A stretch of DNA of 64,000 nt from positions 25,482,001 through 25,546,000 of the forward strand of contig NC_043008.1 in assembly GCF_006345805.1 (NCBI RefSeq), read 5' to 3'. The number at the start of each line of letters is the position of its first letter. Position 1 is the first letter of the stretch. This document shows positions 35,600-49,360 of this stretch, one piece after another. Under the pieces are notes generated by a model. That model saw nothing but the letters and a program-made list of their open reading frames with translations. It had not been told where the DNA came from and searched no databases. The position numbers were made by a program, and so were the translations under genes. Source of the stretch: Octopus sinensis. Taxonomy: Eukaryota.

Positions 35600-35820
35600 A
35601 GTATTCTTTTATTCTTTTACATGTTTCAGTCATTTAACTGTGGCCATGTTGGAGCACTGTCTTAAAGGGTTTTTGGTTGAAGAAATCGACCTCAGGACTT
35701 ATTCTTTGTGAGCCTGGCACTTATTCCATCAGTTTTGCTGAACTGCTAAGTTACTAGGATGTAAACCCACCAACATCAGTTATCAAGCAATGGCGGGGGG
35801 ACAGACACAGTAGACATAAA
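35600..35820 (-). mobile_element. SINE 3' half
   Basis: Same family as 29575-29790. Confidence 0.8.
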
Positions 35821-35854
35821 GTCACACACACCTAAATATATACATAGATACATC

Positions 35855-36300
35855 ATCATCATCATTGTTTAAGGTCCATTTTCCGTGCTAGCATGGGTTG
35901 GATGGTTCGACCAGGATCTGGGAAGCCAGGAGGCTGCATCAGGCTCCAGTCTGATCTGACAGTATTTCTATAACTGGATGCCCTTCCTAACACCAACAAC
36001 TCCTAGAATGTAGTGGGTGCTTTTTACATGCCACCATCACAGGTGCCAGGGGAGGCTGGCAGTGGCCATGATCGGTTGGTGCTTTTTACATGCCACCAGC
36101 ACAAAAGCCAGTCAAGGCAGCACTGACATCGGCCACGTTTGGATGGTGCTTTTTATATGCCACCGGCACAGGTATCACAACTACAATTTCCATTTGATAT
36201 TTATTTTGATGATGATGTACTTGACTCAATAGGTCTTCTCAAGCAGAACAGGTCACCCTACGATCCAAGGTAAGCACACCAGGTCGCTCTGCAATCCGAA
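35855..36300 (-). mobile_element. RTE LINE 3' UTR fragment
   Basis: (CAT)n tail plus repeated ggtgctttttacatgccacc modules; matches 13850-14361. Confidence 0.85.
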
Positions 36301-36424
36301 GTACTTTGGATTGGCCGGGGTTATGTGAAACTGGTGCAGGAAACAGCCATGAACTCACATTATTTGTCGGGTCTTTGCAGTCACAACATAGCTCCAGAGA
36401 TTTTGGTCTTTCATCACTATATAC

Positions 36425-36545
36425 ATATATATATGGGCTTCGTTCAGTTTCTATCTTCCTAATACAAGGCTTTTGCTGGCCCAAAGCTATAGTAGAAGAC
36501 ACTTGCCCAAAGTGCAAAGCAGTGGGACTGAACCCAGAACCATGC
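36425..36545 (-). mobile_element. SINE head fragment
   Basis: tatagtagaagacacttgcccaaagtgcaaagcagtgggactgaacccagaaccatg. Confidence 0.8.
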
Positions 36546-37776
36546 CTGGTATGTTTTAAAAATAACAAAATGCTGATTTTCTATTCTTTCTGTTTATGTT
36601 AATAATACTGATCTAAAATATATTCAGATAATAGTCTAACTAAAAGTTTTACTGATAAATTGTGCAGTTGTCTTTACTAATTCATGAGAATTGAATACAA
36701 ATTTTTTAATTGTTATTTAATCATACTTTGACCACACACTACAAATAATCATACTTTGTCTTTTATTAAAGCATTTCATTTTGATATGAATATTTTATTG
36801 TTACATAATGAAACTGACATAACTAACGGTAAATAACTGAATTTCCTTGTTTAGGTCAAGCTACATACATGCACACACGTGCACACACACACATACACAC
36901 ACACACAAACAAACACACACAGACACAATCACATACAGGCCAACTACGTGTTTATCTCATGCATTAGTGCGATTAACACTTTAAACTGTCTAATTATTTT
37001 GATTAGATGTATATGCCAGAAGGTAATAATTCTTAAGTACTACAGAGGAAGTTTTGTGTATTTTTCATTCTTTTTGAATTATTACTTAAAGAAAATTTAT
37101 TTGTTACTGCTTGAAAGCAAAACTTCTTTGTATTTCTGGTCATCAGTAATTTCTCATGCACATTTTACTTTAACCCACCAAACATTTAACCCTCTTGTCT
37201 TCTCCTGCTAGGCAGGTTAATATTATATTTAGTAATTCATTATATTCTGATCATTTTTCATTAGCCATCACATTGTTTCCACTTTCACTGCTCCTGTTAA
37301 TACTAGGCAGCAGATATTCTCAAACCAGATATTTTAAAACCAGGCTACAGCAATCCAAGTAAGTATATATACAATTTACAGCAAAATAACTGGCAATACT
37401 GGAAAGTTACAGGAGCTTGGTGTAGCCCCGTGGCTCACCAGATCTTGTCAAACCATCCATCCCTCATCAATAATGGAAAACAGATATCAAATGATGACGA
37501 CGATGATGATGATATATGATCGTGTGTTGAAAGAAATATTATTGAACCTTGGTAGGGGCATTATGTGTGTGTTTATTATTACCGGCATAATGCCCCTCCC
37601 AATGTTCAATAATATTTATAATAGGAACGTTATAAAATGAGGATTAGTTGTCTGCTAATAGTACTGGCCTTCACTGTTTGTTTTGGCATGGCTTTTATGG
37701 CCAGATGCCCTACCTAACCCCAGTAGAGATGCATGCATACATACATACATAAATACATACATACATACATACATAC

Positions 37777-39628
37777 CAAAAGGAAACAGAAATACCAAAA
37801 TTATACGCTGTTTTTTTGTGGATGACTTGAAACTATGTGCCAAGAATATGCATGAGGTGAAAAAGACCCTTAACCTGGTTAAAATATTCTGAAAGGATAT
37901 AGGGCTGGAGTTTGATCAGGATAAATGTTGCTATATAGTTGTGAAAAGAAACATCTCCATCAATAAGTTAACTGTTTTCCTTGTATCTGATGAGGATTGG
38001 TGCAGGTACCTTGGAGTGAAGGAAAACGTACCTTACAATGACACCTGTAACAAGACAAATGTCACTAAAGAATATTACAGCTGAATAAAGAAAATTTGGA
38101 CCTCGGAACTCTCTGCATTCAATAAAACAGTAAACCCACAATGTATTTTCAGTGCTAGAATTCATACCAACATTTGGGTTGCCTCATTGGACACTCGATG
38201 AGATCCAAGCCATTGATGTAAAAACCTGGAAGATACTCACCAGCACACATAATTTCCATATCAACACTGATGCAGACCACTTCTGCCTAAAACAAAACAA
38301 AGTGGCAGAAGCTTAACATCGACCCAAAATGCATTTGAATGTCATATCATATCCCTTCAGCAACATCTTTTAATCACCAAGTGTCGAAGTGCATCTCTTG
38401 AGCAAGTTTGCATACATGGGGCTGATAACATCATGAGTCTTGAAAAGCAGCATTCCTTGTCTGATAACCTTCAATACATGCCCCCAAAAGTCACATGACT
38501 CTACTGCAATGTATCATCAGATGAAAGGATGAGCATGTATGTGCAGAAAACTATGCATGGATATGTCAGTAGAAAGCTCTGAGATGATTGTAGCATCGAT
38601 TGTCAAAGCAGTTTATCATGGACCAATAACTAGATTACAACCTCCCACTTTGAAGGGTATACATTTGCAATCCAGGAACAGGAAGTATCAAACAAGTACC
38701 TGAGGCACAAAAGGGATACACATAGGAAAAGCATTTAAATGTGACAACTGATGCAGATTTTGTACAGTTAACACAGAAGATATTACACACATCGTAAGCA
38801 GTTGCCTGAAAATGTCATCACAATGTTATCTACCAATGAGACATAATGTTGTAGCTAGGACACTCTATAACGAAATGCGTCAGAAGGATAACCTCAAGGA
38901 CAGAGAAATTAGAACCCACAGTATGGTAGAAGCCATAGCCACTCATAGAAAAAAGGAGTATTATTGGAATGTCCCAGTGAAGACCTCAATAAAATATAAG
39001 CACAACAGACCTGATATAATGATTTGGGATAGAGAAGAGAAACTGTGTAGAGTTGTGGAAATCAGCTGTCTAGCAGATATTAACATAAAGCTAAAGATCA
39101 GTGAAAAAGAGAATACCAGCGCTGAACTATGGAGAAATCTATGGTTACTCTATCCAGATTACAAGTTTAAGTTTATACCTGTAAGTCTTGGGGCCCTGGG
39201 ATATGTAACACACTGCTTAAATACAAATCTTGTGAAATTAGGCTTCTCAAAAGCAGAAAGGAGAAAGTTAATTTGAAGACTACAGCTCTAATTTATCATT
39301 GGAATTGTAAAAATCTGTAAAACTTTCCAGAAGTTTATCATTTAAATATATATGAGCATGTCTAGACAGGCAACCATATGCATAAGAATATATACATAAA
39401 GCAAAACATACAAATCTGCACATACATACATACATACATACATACATACATACATACATACATACATACATACATACATACATACATACATACATACAAA
39501 CATACATACAAACAAACAAAAAATACCCTGTTTTTGATGTTGAAATTCCAATGAAGGAGCCTTAGATCTAGGTTAGAAACTGGCTCTTTCTCTAGTGGCA
39601 AGAAATCTTTAAAAAAACTGACTAATGA
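37777..39628 (+). mobile_element. R4/Dong-like RLE LINE, 5'-truncated and defective: RT end, CCHC finger, RLE domain, 3' UTR
   Basis: FFVDDLKL..DIGLEFDQDKC (RT); CRFC..EDITHIVSSC..RHNVVA (CCHC); HNRPDIMIWD..EKE..PVSLGALG (RLE). The 3' UTR contains (CATA)n at 39420-39500, and both junctions adjoin CATA-type tracts. Confidence 0.92.
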
Positions 39629-41029
39629 TATACATATATATACATACTAAATGTATACATACATGCATAAGTTAATTGATATGAACATGTACGAATATTG
39701 GAATTGTAACCCTGAGTAAGAACTGTAACCATACCTGTGTAGTTTAGGAGTTTACTTTATGACCATTTCCTGAGTTTAATCCTACAGTATAGTTCTTTGG
39801 TCAAGCATATTCTTCCAGATCTCAAGTTGAATAACAACTTGTTTGGATTTGGTAGATGGAAACTGTTCAAAAGCCCAATCGAATCTATAACTCATATTCC
39901 TTACCAGGCTCCATGATTTGATAAAGAAAATGTTCTTGTGTAAATGGTAAACCTACTATTTCAGTACTAAATTTACATTGGCTGCCAGATAGCCTTTTTA
40001 CATGGCTGTTTGTAATTTTTATATTAATTTCATACTATTTCTGTAACTACTTCCACCACTGTTAATCTCATGCTCACCACCATCACTACTGCTACCCTTA
40101 TCGTTATGAATTCATGCTTCTTGCTTGCAGCCTAATTTCCATCAACACTATTCACTCAACTACACACAAAAAAGATTGCAACGCCTATCAGCATACCATT
40201 TCTAGTTATTGTGCCAAAAAAATATAGACAGATAAAAGACACAAAGTGGCAAAATTTTTCTTTCTTTCATTATGTACATTATCAACTTTATACTATGTCA
40301 AAAGTGCAGTACAAAATACCAAGTATTTCAATTATGGCTCAAAATGATAATACCCTCTCATTTGATGACAATATGTCAGTAGAGAATCTTTCTCACTGAT
40401 TTGATCCTCAGTTCTGTCATAACTGTGGCATTACATATTTTGTCATTGAAAAACATAGTCTGATATTAATACTTGAATAATTCCAAACCATAAACAGATA
40501 TCATGTTATTTTGACAAAGAATATTAGTGTTGTGTTATATAGTCAGACACTGCTTGCCTATCCTCTCATTCAACCAACCATTCACTCATTCACCAACACC
40601 ACTTATGCTTTCTTTCTCCTTCCCTCTCTTTCTTCTTTATATTTACTGCTACCTTTCTTTATAAATCAAAGCTAACTCATTTTTGTAAAGTGAGCTTTCT
40701 GGGAGGAGAACAAAATATTTGTGTAATATTTCATTTAGAATTTGTTATCTTTGTCACAATGTTTCAGCCAGTGTCTTTGGACTAAATTCTGCTATATTCC
40801 TGGCAATAAACATCCATTAATCCTCTCCAGATATTCCATTTCTGCAATGAAGTTTCTTAGTGTAAAACCTCAGGCTGCTTTGTGGAAGAATATATATAGA
40901 AGACAAATGAGTGACAGAGATTTCAACTGTCTTAACCAAAATGTTGCATAAGTCAGTATAATGTATTGGTGAATTACATGCCGCATACTCATACAGTGTG
41001 GGAAGAAGTTCAGTGCTGCTATGGTGAAT

Positions 41030-41053
41030 CATCATCATCATCATCGTCATTAA

Positions 41054-41086
<33 letters not shown>

Positions 41087-41125
41087 TATTGCTGTCACTA
41101 CCACCCTCGTCGTTGTCATCATCAT
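41030..41125. repeat. (CAT)n microsatellite
   Basis: Direct reading. Confidence 0.9.
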
Positions 41126-41684
41126 CAGAATAAAGGTTACCGGTTCTTGAACTAAACTTCTATTATCTTTTGCTAAAGAGATTCCTTGACTCTTCAACAA
41201 TAGAACTGCCAACTGCTATTATCTTTTACTAGAATTTTCTTAATTCTTCGATGATGGAACTGCTAACCATTATTATCTTTCACTAAGGATGTTCCTTAAT
41301 TCTTCAATGCTACTAATATCCATGATTCTTTCTCTCTGAGGATGGAATAGTTGGTTTAGATGGAAACCTTTACTCAATAACATATACTCCACATGTTCAG
41401 CTATTCTAGAAACAGCCGTAAGAGACTTCATGTATTATTTGCTATACTACTCTGCAGTTATGTTTAAATTATAAATTATATGCTCTAATGTGATACCACA
41501 TGTTTCGCTTGTTTGTTCTCTTTTTCAAATGCATACATATATACATACATGCATACAAACATTCATACATACATACATACATACATGCATATATATATAT
41601 ATATAAATATATATATATAGATAACACATATACATATATACACATATGCATACACACATACATACATCCATACATACGTACATA

Positions 41685-41910
41685 TCATCATCATCATCAT
41701 CTTTTAACGTCCGCTTTCCATGCTAGCATGGGTTGAACTATTTGACTGAGGAATGGTGAACCAGTTGGCTGCACCAGGCTCCAATCTTGATTTGGCAGAG
41801 CTTCTACAGCTGGATGCCCTTCCTAACACCAACCACTCTCAGAGTGTAGTGGGTGCTTTTACGTGCCACAGGCACGAGGGCCAGTCAGGCGGTACTGGCA
41901 ACGGTCACAG
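41685..41910 (-). mobile_element. RTE LINE 3' tail fragment
   Basis: (CAT)n-ttttaacgtccgctttccatgctagcatgggttg. Confidence 0.85.
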
Positions 41911-43415
41911 AAAAATCATGTTTTTTTTACATATGTATGTATATATTTGTGTACTCTATCTCCATGTCTCCCTTGTCTCTCTGACAGCGTCTATACCATC
42001 TTAACATTAATTGCCAACATTTTCCTTAATCAAATACCATTTCCCTGACTAACAATGACATATTTCTCTCTTCTCTGATCAATAAATGTGTAACTAATGA
42101 AAACAAATATATTTTAAGTATGTATGAAAAAATATACTAAAAATGAATACTAATATGATATCAAGTAGGAATGTCTAGTCAATGAAGTCTGCTCACTGAA
42201 AGGTAAACAATTATTTAGAGGCATCTTATATGAGAATAGTATATAACAAATGTTAGAAACAAATTTTAAATATTTACACAAGATTTAACAAAAGTATTTC
42301 AGACTTGACAATATCAATACAAGCATTTTCTTCTCTTCTTTAAAAAAATTTTTATTGATGTGAGAAGCAATTATCAGACAGCTTTTGAGAGATATTAGGA
42401 ATTTGTGAGAAAGTGGTACATAGAACATAATAATTAATTGGTCAAAAATTAATTATGTTACACTTTCACTAATGGACCGAAAGAGGTTATAAACAGATTC
42501 TTTGAAGAAAATTTCCACATTTCAATCTTGGCTTATGAAACAAATAAAATAACACATCCAATGTAAAGAACTTCAAAGCGTAATCACACACAGTGCAGCA
42601 TTTTCAACAATATCATGTCACTATCAATAATACTAAAAGTGTCAAATGAGAAGAAAAGACCTTGAAATCTTTTCATAACATCATAAAGATGTTATTCATC
42701 AGATGTTACCTTGAGCTTCACTGTATTCTTAGTGATGTTTTATGGAACTTTAGTGAAATGACCACACTGATATATTTAATAATTGGAATATAGTATTATA
42801 TTACAATTAACAATAGGGTAATTTTAAATTTGTTGTTGTAGGTCAGCCTTGATTAAGCAAACGAATGATGAAAACCATACCAGCCATGCCCATGTCCACT
42901 TTAATTCAAATACAGTGTAATCAGGGCTATGCTATCCAATGTATCCTTTTTCAAAATCATATGATATGAAGGAGATTTGGCTAATAATTCAAGGAAGTTA
43001 AGCAACAATGTGGAGGCTCATACAATAACTATTTATATAAATTTGTTGAAAGCTCAAGTGGGAGAGTTGGAAAGGAATATGCAGAGCAGGACTAGCTGTT
43101 TAATTGATCTTGTTTAATGTTTCAATGTTCTACTTCTTTTGAGATAAATTTTATTCTTCATTCTTTTCCGATGTCAATGAAATAAATACATATAAAATAC
43201 TAACATAAAATTGCCTCCCTTATAAAATACTAATTGAAATCATATATGGATGGTTGCATCATTAGAGTATTGGAAAAAAATATGTTAAGGTATCTGGGAA
43301 CATCTCTTTATGTTCTGAGTTCAATGCATATTCAAGTCCATTTTGTCTTTTATTCTTCTGAGGGGGTAGTTACTACCGTAAGTCCTGAAATCAACTATAA
43401 TGGACTTATAGTCCC

Positions 43416-43534
43416 TCAAGGCCTCACTCCACTGTTGAACACCAGCACTTGGCCATTGGGTATCTTTAATGGAGTCGACTCTTTTGCAAGCATTTGGATA
43501 AGATCTTCACTTTCTACACCCACTCTTGGAAGCA
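43416..43534 (-). CDS. Putative terminal coding exon of an unidentified host gene
   Basis: Acceptor tttattttttag|TG; reads (V)LPRVGVESEDLIQMLAKESTPLKIPNGQVLVFNSGVRP*; phase 1 matches the preceding exon; AATAAA lies downstream near 43345. Confidence 0.55.
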
Positions 43535-44272
43535 CTAAAAAATAAAGGGGTTGTGGATACTGTTATTTTTTCCAGAACTAAATGTAAAAATAAATTGATA
43601 ATAATATTTCAAACTAGACATTAATTTAGTCATACTACATATTTGTTTCAACAGCAAATAATACTATAAGTTTCTTTCTGGTTTGGATTAATATCAGTAT
43701 GTTGGTTTCAATATCAAATTTTCAGTAATAGGATAGCAGTTTCAATATCAGAATATCAGTTTCTATATCACATGTTTAGTTTCAGTAAACAAATATTGAT
43801 TTCAATAGTGAGATATTAGTTCCACTATATGGTTCGTTGCCAAGATATCTCTTTCAATATTGGAATATTAAAATTGATATCCAAATATGAAGGTGTCAAT
43901 ATCTGAGTTTCAGTATTATGATAAAGATTTCAATATCAATATATAAGATTATCAATGATGCAATTTTGGGATATAGCTTTTCAAAATCTAAAGGAAATAT
44001 AACTCTGTTACTCTTTATTAGATAAAACTCAGAGAACTGTTTATTAACTTTGATACTTTCAATGATACTACTGTAAATATCACAGACTCAACAGACCTTT
44101 AAATTAAATAGTCAACATTTTTATTCTCTAATGTACTGGATTGTCAAGTCTAATAAACACAATTTTCTACCATTGTTAAAATGCAAGCAATTATCTGTCA
44201 AAACTTGTTTCACTACTAATATTAAGTCCAACTACTTATGATAGTGAAATGCAGAAAACTGAGTTAACTGAC

Positions 44273-44414
44273 CGTCCAGATTATTTGCCAAAATTTTTAA
44301 CTGATCGTTTTCTGCTACTGGCAAAGCATACATTGCTAACACACTTAATCTTAACTCAGTTGATTTAAATGTAAGCAGATATTGTAGAGTAAGAACAATT
44401 GTATGCAGAGCACT
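44273..44414 (-). CDS. Putative internal coding exon (142 nt) of the same gene
   Basis: tttcag|AGT..GAC G|gtcagt; reads SALHTIVLTLQYLLTFKSTELRLSVLAMYALPVAENDQLKILANNLD; only one frame is open. Confidence 0.55.
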
Positions 44415-45224
44415 CTGAAACTGATAGGTGCTTTCAACTTGTATCACTAAATGGGTACAGTGTGTGTGAAATGTATCAGCTGAAACTATCAGAGTTCGGG
44501 GCAGAATACTTTTATGAATAGCTATGAAATTTTGGGCATTTCATTGATATATATTATATAACAATTAAGTTTAATTTTGATTTCAGTATAATTTTAATAT
44601 AGTTTTTAAAAGTTTTTACTTTTAATTCTGTTGTTTTCTTACTGAATTTTCATTTTCACCACACAAAATTATCATCATCGTTTAAAGTATTCTCTGCTTT
44701 GGTATGGTTTCTATGGCTGGAGGCCCTTCCTCACACCAACTACATTACTGAGTGCTTTTTATGTGGCACCAGCAGCAGTGAGATCACCAAGTAGCTTCCA
44801 AGATGACTCAACTGAGGGAGCAAGAGACAGACAGAAACAGGTGTCTTGCAGTAAAGGAGCTGCATGTCTACTTCAGTAGGAGAGAGAGAGAGAGGAGAAA
44901 TAGGATGGTGAAAATGTGATAGGGGTACACTCAAGTTATAGGGAACCATGCACTGGAGGGGGTGAGTAGGTGGGTATGTTCACAAGACTGTGAAAGAACA
45001 GTGGGAGATGGAAAGGAGGAGAGGCAATGTGACTGCAAAGCAAACTTGAAAGCCTGAGAAATGTTAAACTCTGCTTAATCTATCCTGTAAATCCATATCT
45101 TATGAGTTGCAAAGTATCTCTTTTCTTCTAAGGAAGTCATTATATAACAGGAATATCAAAATACCAATGTTCTTAGAATCTTTGGTCATTATTTGTCATT
45201 TATTGTATTTCTTGAGTTGTGATG

Positions 45225-45256
<32 letters not shown>

Positions 45257-47290
45257 GTCGTCGTCGTCATTGTTTAACGTCCGCTTTCCATGCTGGCATG
45301 GGTTGGATGGTTTGACTAAGGACTGGCAAGCCAGAGGGCTGCACCAGGCTCCAATCTGATCTGGCAAGGTTTCTACTGCTGTATATCCTTCCTAATGCCA
45401 ACCATTCCAAGAGTGTAGTGGGTGCTTTTATGTGCCACCAGCATGAGGGTCAGTCAGGCGGTTCTGGCAACAACCACACTCAAAAGGTGTTTTTTATGTG
45501 CTACATGCATGAGAGCAAGTCCGGTGGCACTGGCAACAACCCCGCTCGAATGTTACTTTTCATATTCCACTGGCACATGTGTCAGTAAGGTGACACTGGC
45601 AATGATCACACTCAAATGGTGCTTTTTACATGCCACTGGCATGGGAGCCAATCAGCGGCTCTGGCAGTGATCACGCTCAGATGGTGCTTTTAACATTCCA
45701 CTGGCACGACTGCCAATCAGGCGGTACTGTCATCAGCCACGTCAGCAATTTTGATTTTGATTTCACTTGCCTCAATAGGTCTTTGCAAGCATAGTTTATT
45801 GTCCAATGAATGACGCATACTCATAAGTGGGCTGGTTACACCCACTGGCATAGTCCACAGGTTATGGTCTCACTTGGCTTGTCGGGTCTTCTCAAGTACA
45901 GCATATCTCCAAAGGTCTTGATCACTAGTCATTGCTGCGGTAAGGCCTAATGTTCAAAGGTTGTGCTTCACCACTTCATCCCAGGTCTTCCTGGGTCTAC
46001 CTCTTCCACAGGTTCTCTCAACTGCTAGGGTATGACACTTTTTCATTCGCAACACATGACTATACCAGCACAGTTGTCTCTCTTGCACACCACATCTGAT
46101 GCTTCTTAAATCCAACTTTCTCTCAGGGCACTTACTCTCTGATATGTATGCACACTGATGTTACACATCCATCGGAGAATACTGACTTCATTCCTTGCGA
46201 GCTTACGCATGTCCTCAGCAGTCAAAGCCCATGTTTCAGTGCCATGTAGCATGGCTGTTCGTACCCATGCATCCTACAGTCTACCTTTTACTCTGAGCAA
46301 GAGGCCCTTTGTCACCAGCAGAGATAGGAGCTCTCTGAACTTTGCCCAGGCTATTCTTATTCTAGCAGCTACATTTTTAGAGCATCCACCCCAGCAACTG
46401 ACTTGGTCACCTTGGTAACAAAAGCTATCAACTACTTCTAGTTTTCCCCTCTGGTATGCGATTGAAGCTGTTTTCTGCACATTTTCAGTATTTATTGCCC
46501 CTGAGCATTTGCCACACACAAAACAATCTTTCCCGGTTAGCTTTCCTTTGATATTGCTGTACCTCCTATGCCTCCATAGTTTACACCGGGTACATCTTAT
46601 GGAGTTTCTACCAACCCTTTTTCTACAGATTGAGCAGAGCTATTTACCCGAAGGGATTTGTGGTTTGTCTGCCTTCCTACTCATTAAGACTTTGGTTTTA
46701 GCTAGGTTGACTCTAAGGCCTTTGATTCTAATCCTTGCTTCCATACCTGAAACTTTTCCTCTAGTTCTGATAGTGACTCAGCAATTAGAGCAAGGTCATC
46801 AGCATCGAGGAGTCCCAGGAGCATCCTGTCTTGAATACCTCTGTTATTGCCTGGAGAACTATGATGAATAAGAGGGGGCTGAGGACTGATCCTTGGTGGA
46901 CTCCTAGCCCTACTCGGAATTCTTCACTGTACTCGTTGCCAACCCTCACCTTACTGACAGCACCCCTGTACATGGCATGCACAGCTCTCACTAACCATTC
47001 ATCTATCCCTAGTTTCCTCATTGACCACCAGACAAGGGATCGGGGGACCCTGTCAAAGGCTTTCTCCATATCAACGAAAGCCAGGTACAGAGGTTTATCT
47101 ATGACTAAATATTTATCCTGCAGGTGTCTTACCAGAAATATAGCATTAGTGGTGCTTTTCCCTGGCACGAACCCAAACTGCAACTCATCTAGACTTACTC
47201 TTTCCCTAATTAGTTTGGCTATGACCCTCTCCGTGACCTTCATTACCTGATCCAACAACTTGATACCTCTGTAATTATTTGTATCTAAAG
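45225..47290 (-). mobile_element. RTE-clade LINE, 5'-truncated (RT, PHD-type finger, 3' UTR, (GAT)n tail)
   Basis: NYRGIKLLDQVMKV, QFGFVPGKSTT, DMEKAFDRV, GVHQGSVLSPLLF; same family as 11191-14361. Confidence 0.95.
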
Positions 47291-48289
47291 CGTTTGTTTT
47301 TGCCTTTTTTCCCCTTTATATTTGGGGAATGTCTATTGCTTTGACACATTCTGTTTTGTTATCAATTAATTTTGTGGTCTACTCTCTTTCAAGTAGTATT
47401 TGTTTTTATTCTTTGTGTCATCTATTTCGAGTTTTGAATTTGGATATGGGTTGGATGAGTCTTCTCATCTCGACAGATAAATGAAGACTACATGACATTA
47501 GAATTTCGTTTTGGCTTGAATTCCATTCTTAACACCAATCACTTTAAAGAATGTACTGAGTCCTTTTTTTATGCCACCAACACTAGATGGGTGTTATGTC
47601 CTTGACAAGACTAAGGAATCCACCCCTTACAAATCCATGTCAGCTCATGCACCCACTTCTTTACAGAGTAAGAAGCATGAGTGATAGTGATGAAAGAGAT
47701 GTGTTACATTTCGTTGAATTGATAAGAGCTCTCAGTATTCTGAGATAAATGTAAATATTCAAGATAGTATGAGTGGGACAGCAGGATATGTTTGAAGTCT
47801 ATGCAACTTCATGGTAAGAGCAATGACAGAGGCTTAGCAGAGATCCATGATGTATGGGGCATACTGACAAAGAGAGTGATACTGGATGATAAAGGTAGTA
47901 AAGAAACAGAAGATTAAGGTAGAGTGAACTGGGCACCAGTTGTCCAATATAGATGCCTATGAATATGCACCACGATGAGCAAAGGGAGAGGAGAGGCAAG
48001 AGTGGCAAAGGTGGGTCCTCTGTCAGAGAGTTGCATAAAGGAGTAATGGAGAAAGATTCAGAATAACAGCAGTGGGATCCAGACTGGAAGTAAAGTACAG
48101 TAAACAGAAGAGATACACTTTTGACCTCGATCACACTAGAAACTAATACATTGGGGAATTGAACAGAGAAAGTTATTAGGAAATAAGCAATGGGTACAGG
48201 TAAAAGAAAACAATCTATAGTGAAAGGAAGACCAGCAACAAAAGTAAAGGTCAGAAAGTGCAGTGAGTGTCAAAACGTCATATGTATCC

Positions 48290-48294
48290 AACTG

Positions 48295-48354
<60 letters not shown>

Positions 48355-48425
48355 ACTAACTATCTATCTATCTATCTGTGTGTCTGTGTGTGTGTCTGTC
48401 TGTCTACATATCTATCTATCTATCT
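48290..48425. repeat. (TATC)n microsatellite
   Basis: Direct reading. Confidence 0.95.
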
Positions 48426-49039
48426 ACCCAGGTTCTCACAAGTCACTGCATTCCCCACCTCCACTCCCTACTCGTGCCTTTTTGGCAATACCCAGTCATG
48501 TATATTTATGACTCCATACCTTGAAGATATGCCCTGGCACTTGCTACCATTTATCTCTCATTTCCTTACTCTTCCATTCCATTTATGCTCTGCTCCCTGT
48601 CCCTTGTGAGTATAGTCTGGCATCTCACTCCTGCTCTCTCTTGCACTCTTGCTGTCTCTCACTCTCTTTCTCTCCTTCTCCTGCTCTTCCCTCAGGCTGG
48701 GTAACCATATATCTCCTCTACAGCAGCACACTTCTTTCTGCCCTCATTCTTAATCACTCTCTCTCTCTCTCTCTCCCCTTTACTTGCTCTTCCCTCTGGC
48801 TAGGTAACCATATATCTCCTTTGCAGCAGCACACTTGTTTCTGTCCTCTTTCTTATTAATCCTCTCTCTCTCTTTCTCTCTCTCTCTCCCCCTCTCTCTC
48901 TCTAGCCAGGTAATCATGTATCTCCTCTACAGCATGACACCTGTTTCTGTCCCTCTGTGTTTCCGTTACATTCTAACCTTTTGTTATCTGACACAAGTTC
49001 ACCTCCTCCAATGTCCCTCTCCTCTCTAAAACTCCTTGT

Positions 49040-49360
49040 CCTTCATGTTACCTGGCGACCCTACCAATGCTGGTGCCATAGAAAAAGCATCCAGTCCACA
49101 CTGTAAAGTAGTTGGCATTTGGAAGGGCATCCAGCTGTAAAACCAATATCAAAACTGACCTCACCTGTGCTGATGCCACGCGAAAAGCACTCAGTCCATT
49201 CTGCAGGGTGGTTGGTGTTAGGAAGGACATCCGGTAGTAAAAACCACACCAAAAAAGACTCAGAAGTCTGGTGCAGTCTCTTGCCTGACCAGCTCCTCTC
49301 AAACCATCCAGTCCATGCCAGCAAGGAAGGTAGATGTTAAACGATGATGATGATGAAGAA
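49040..49360 (+). mobile_element. RTE-type 3' tail
   Basis: ggaagggcatccagctgtaaaacc..ccatgccagcaaggaaggtagatgttaaacgatgatgatgatg. Confidence 0.8.
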
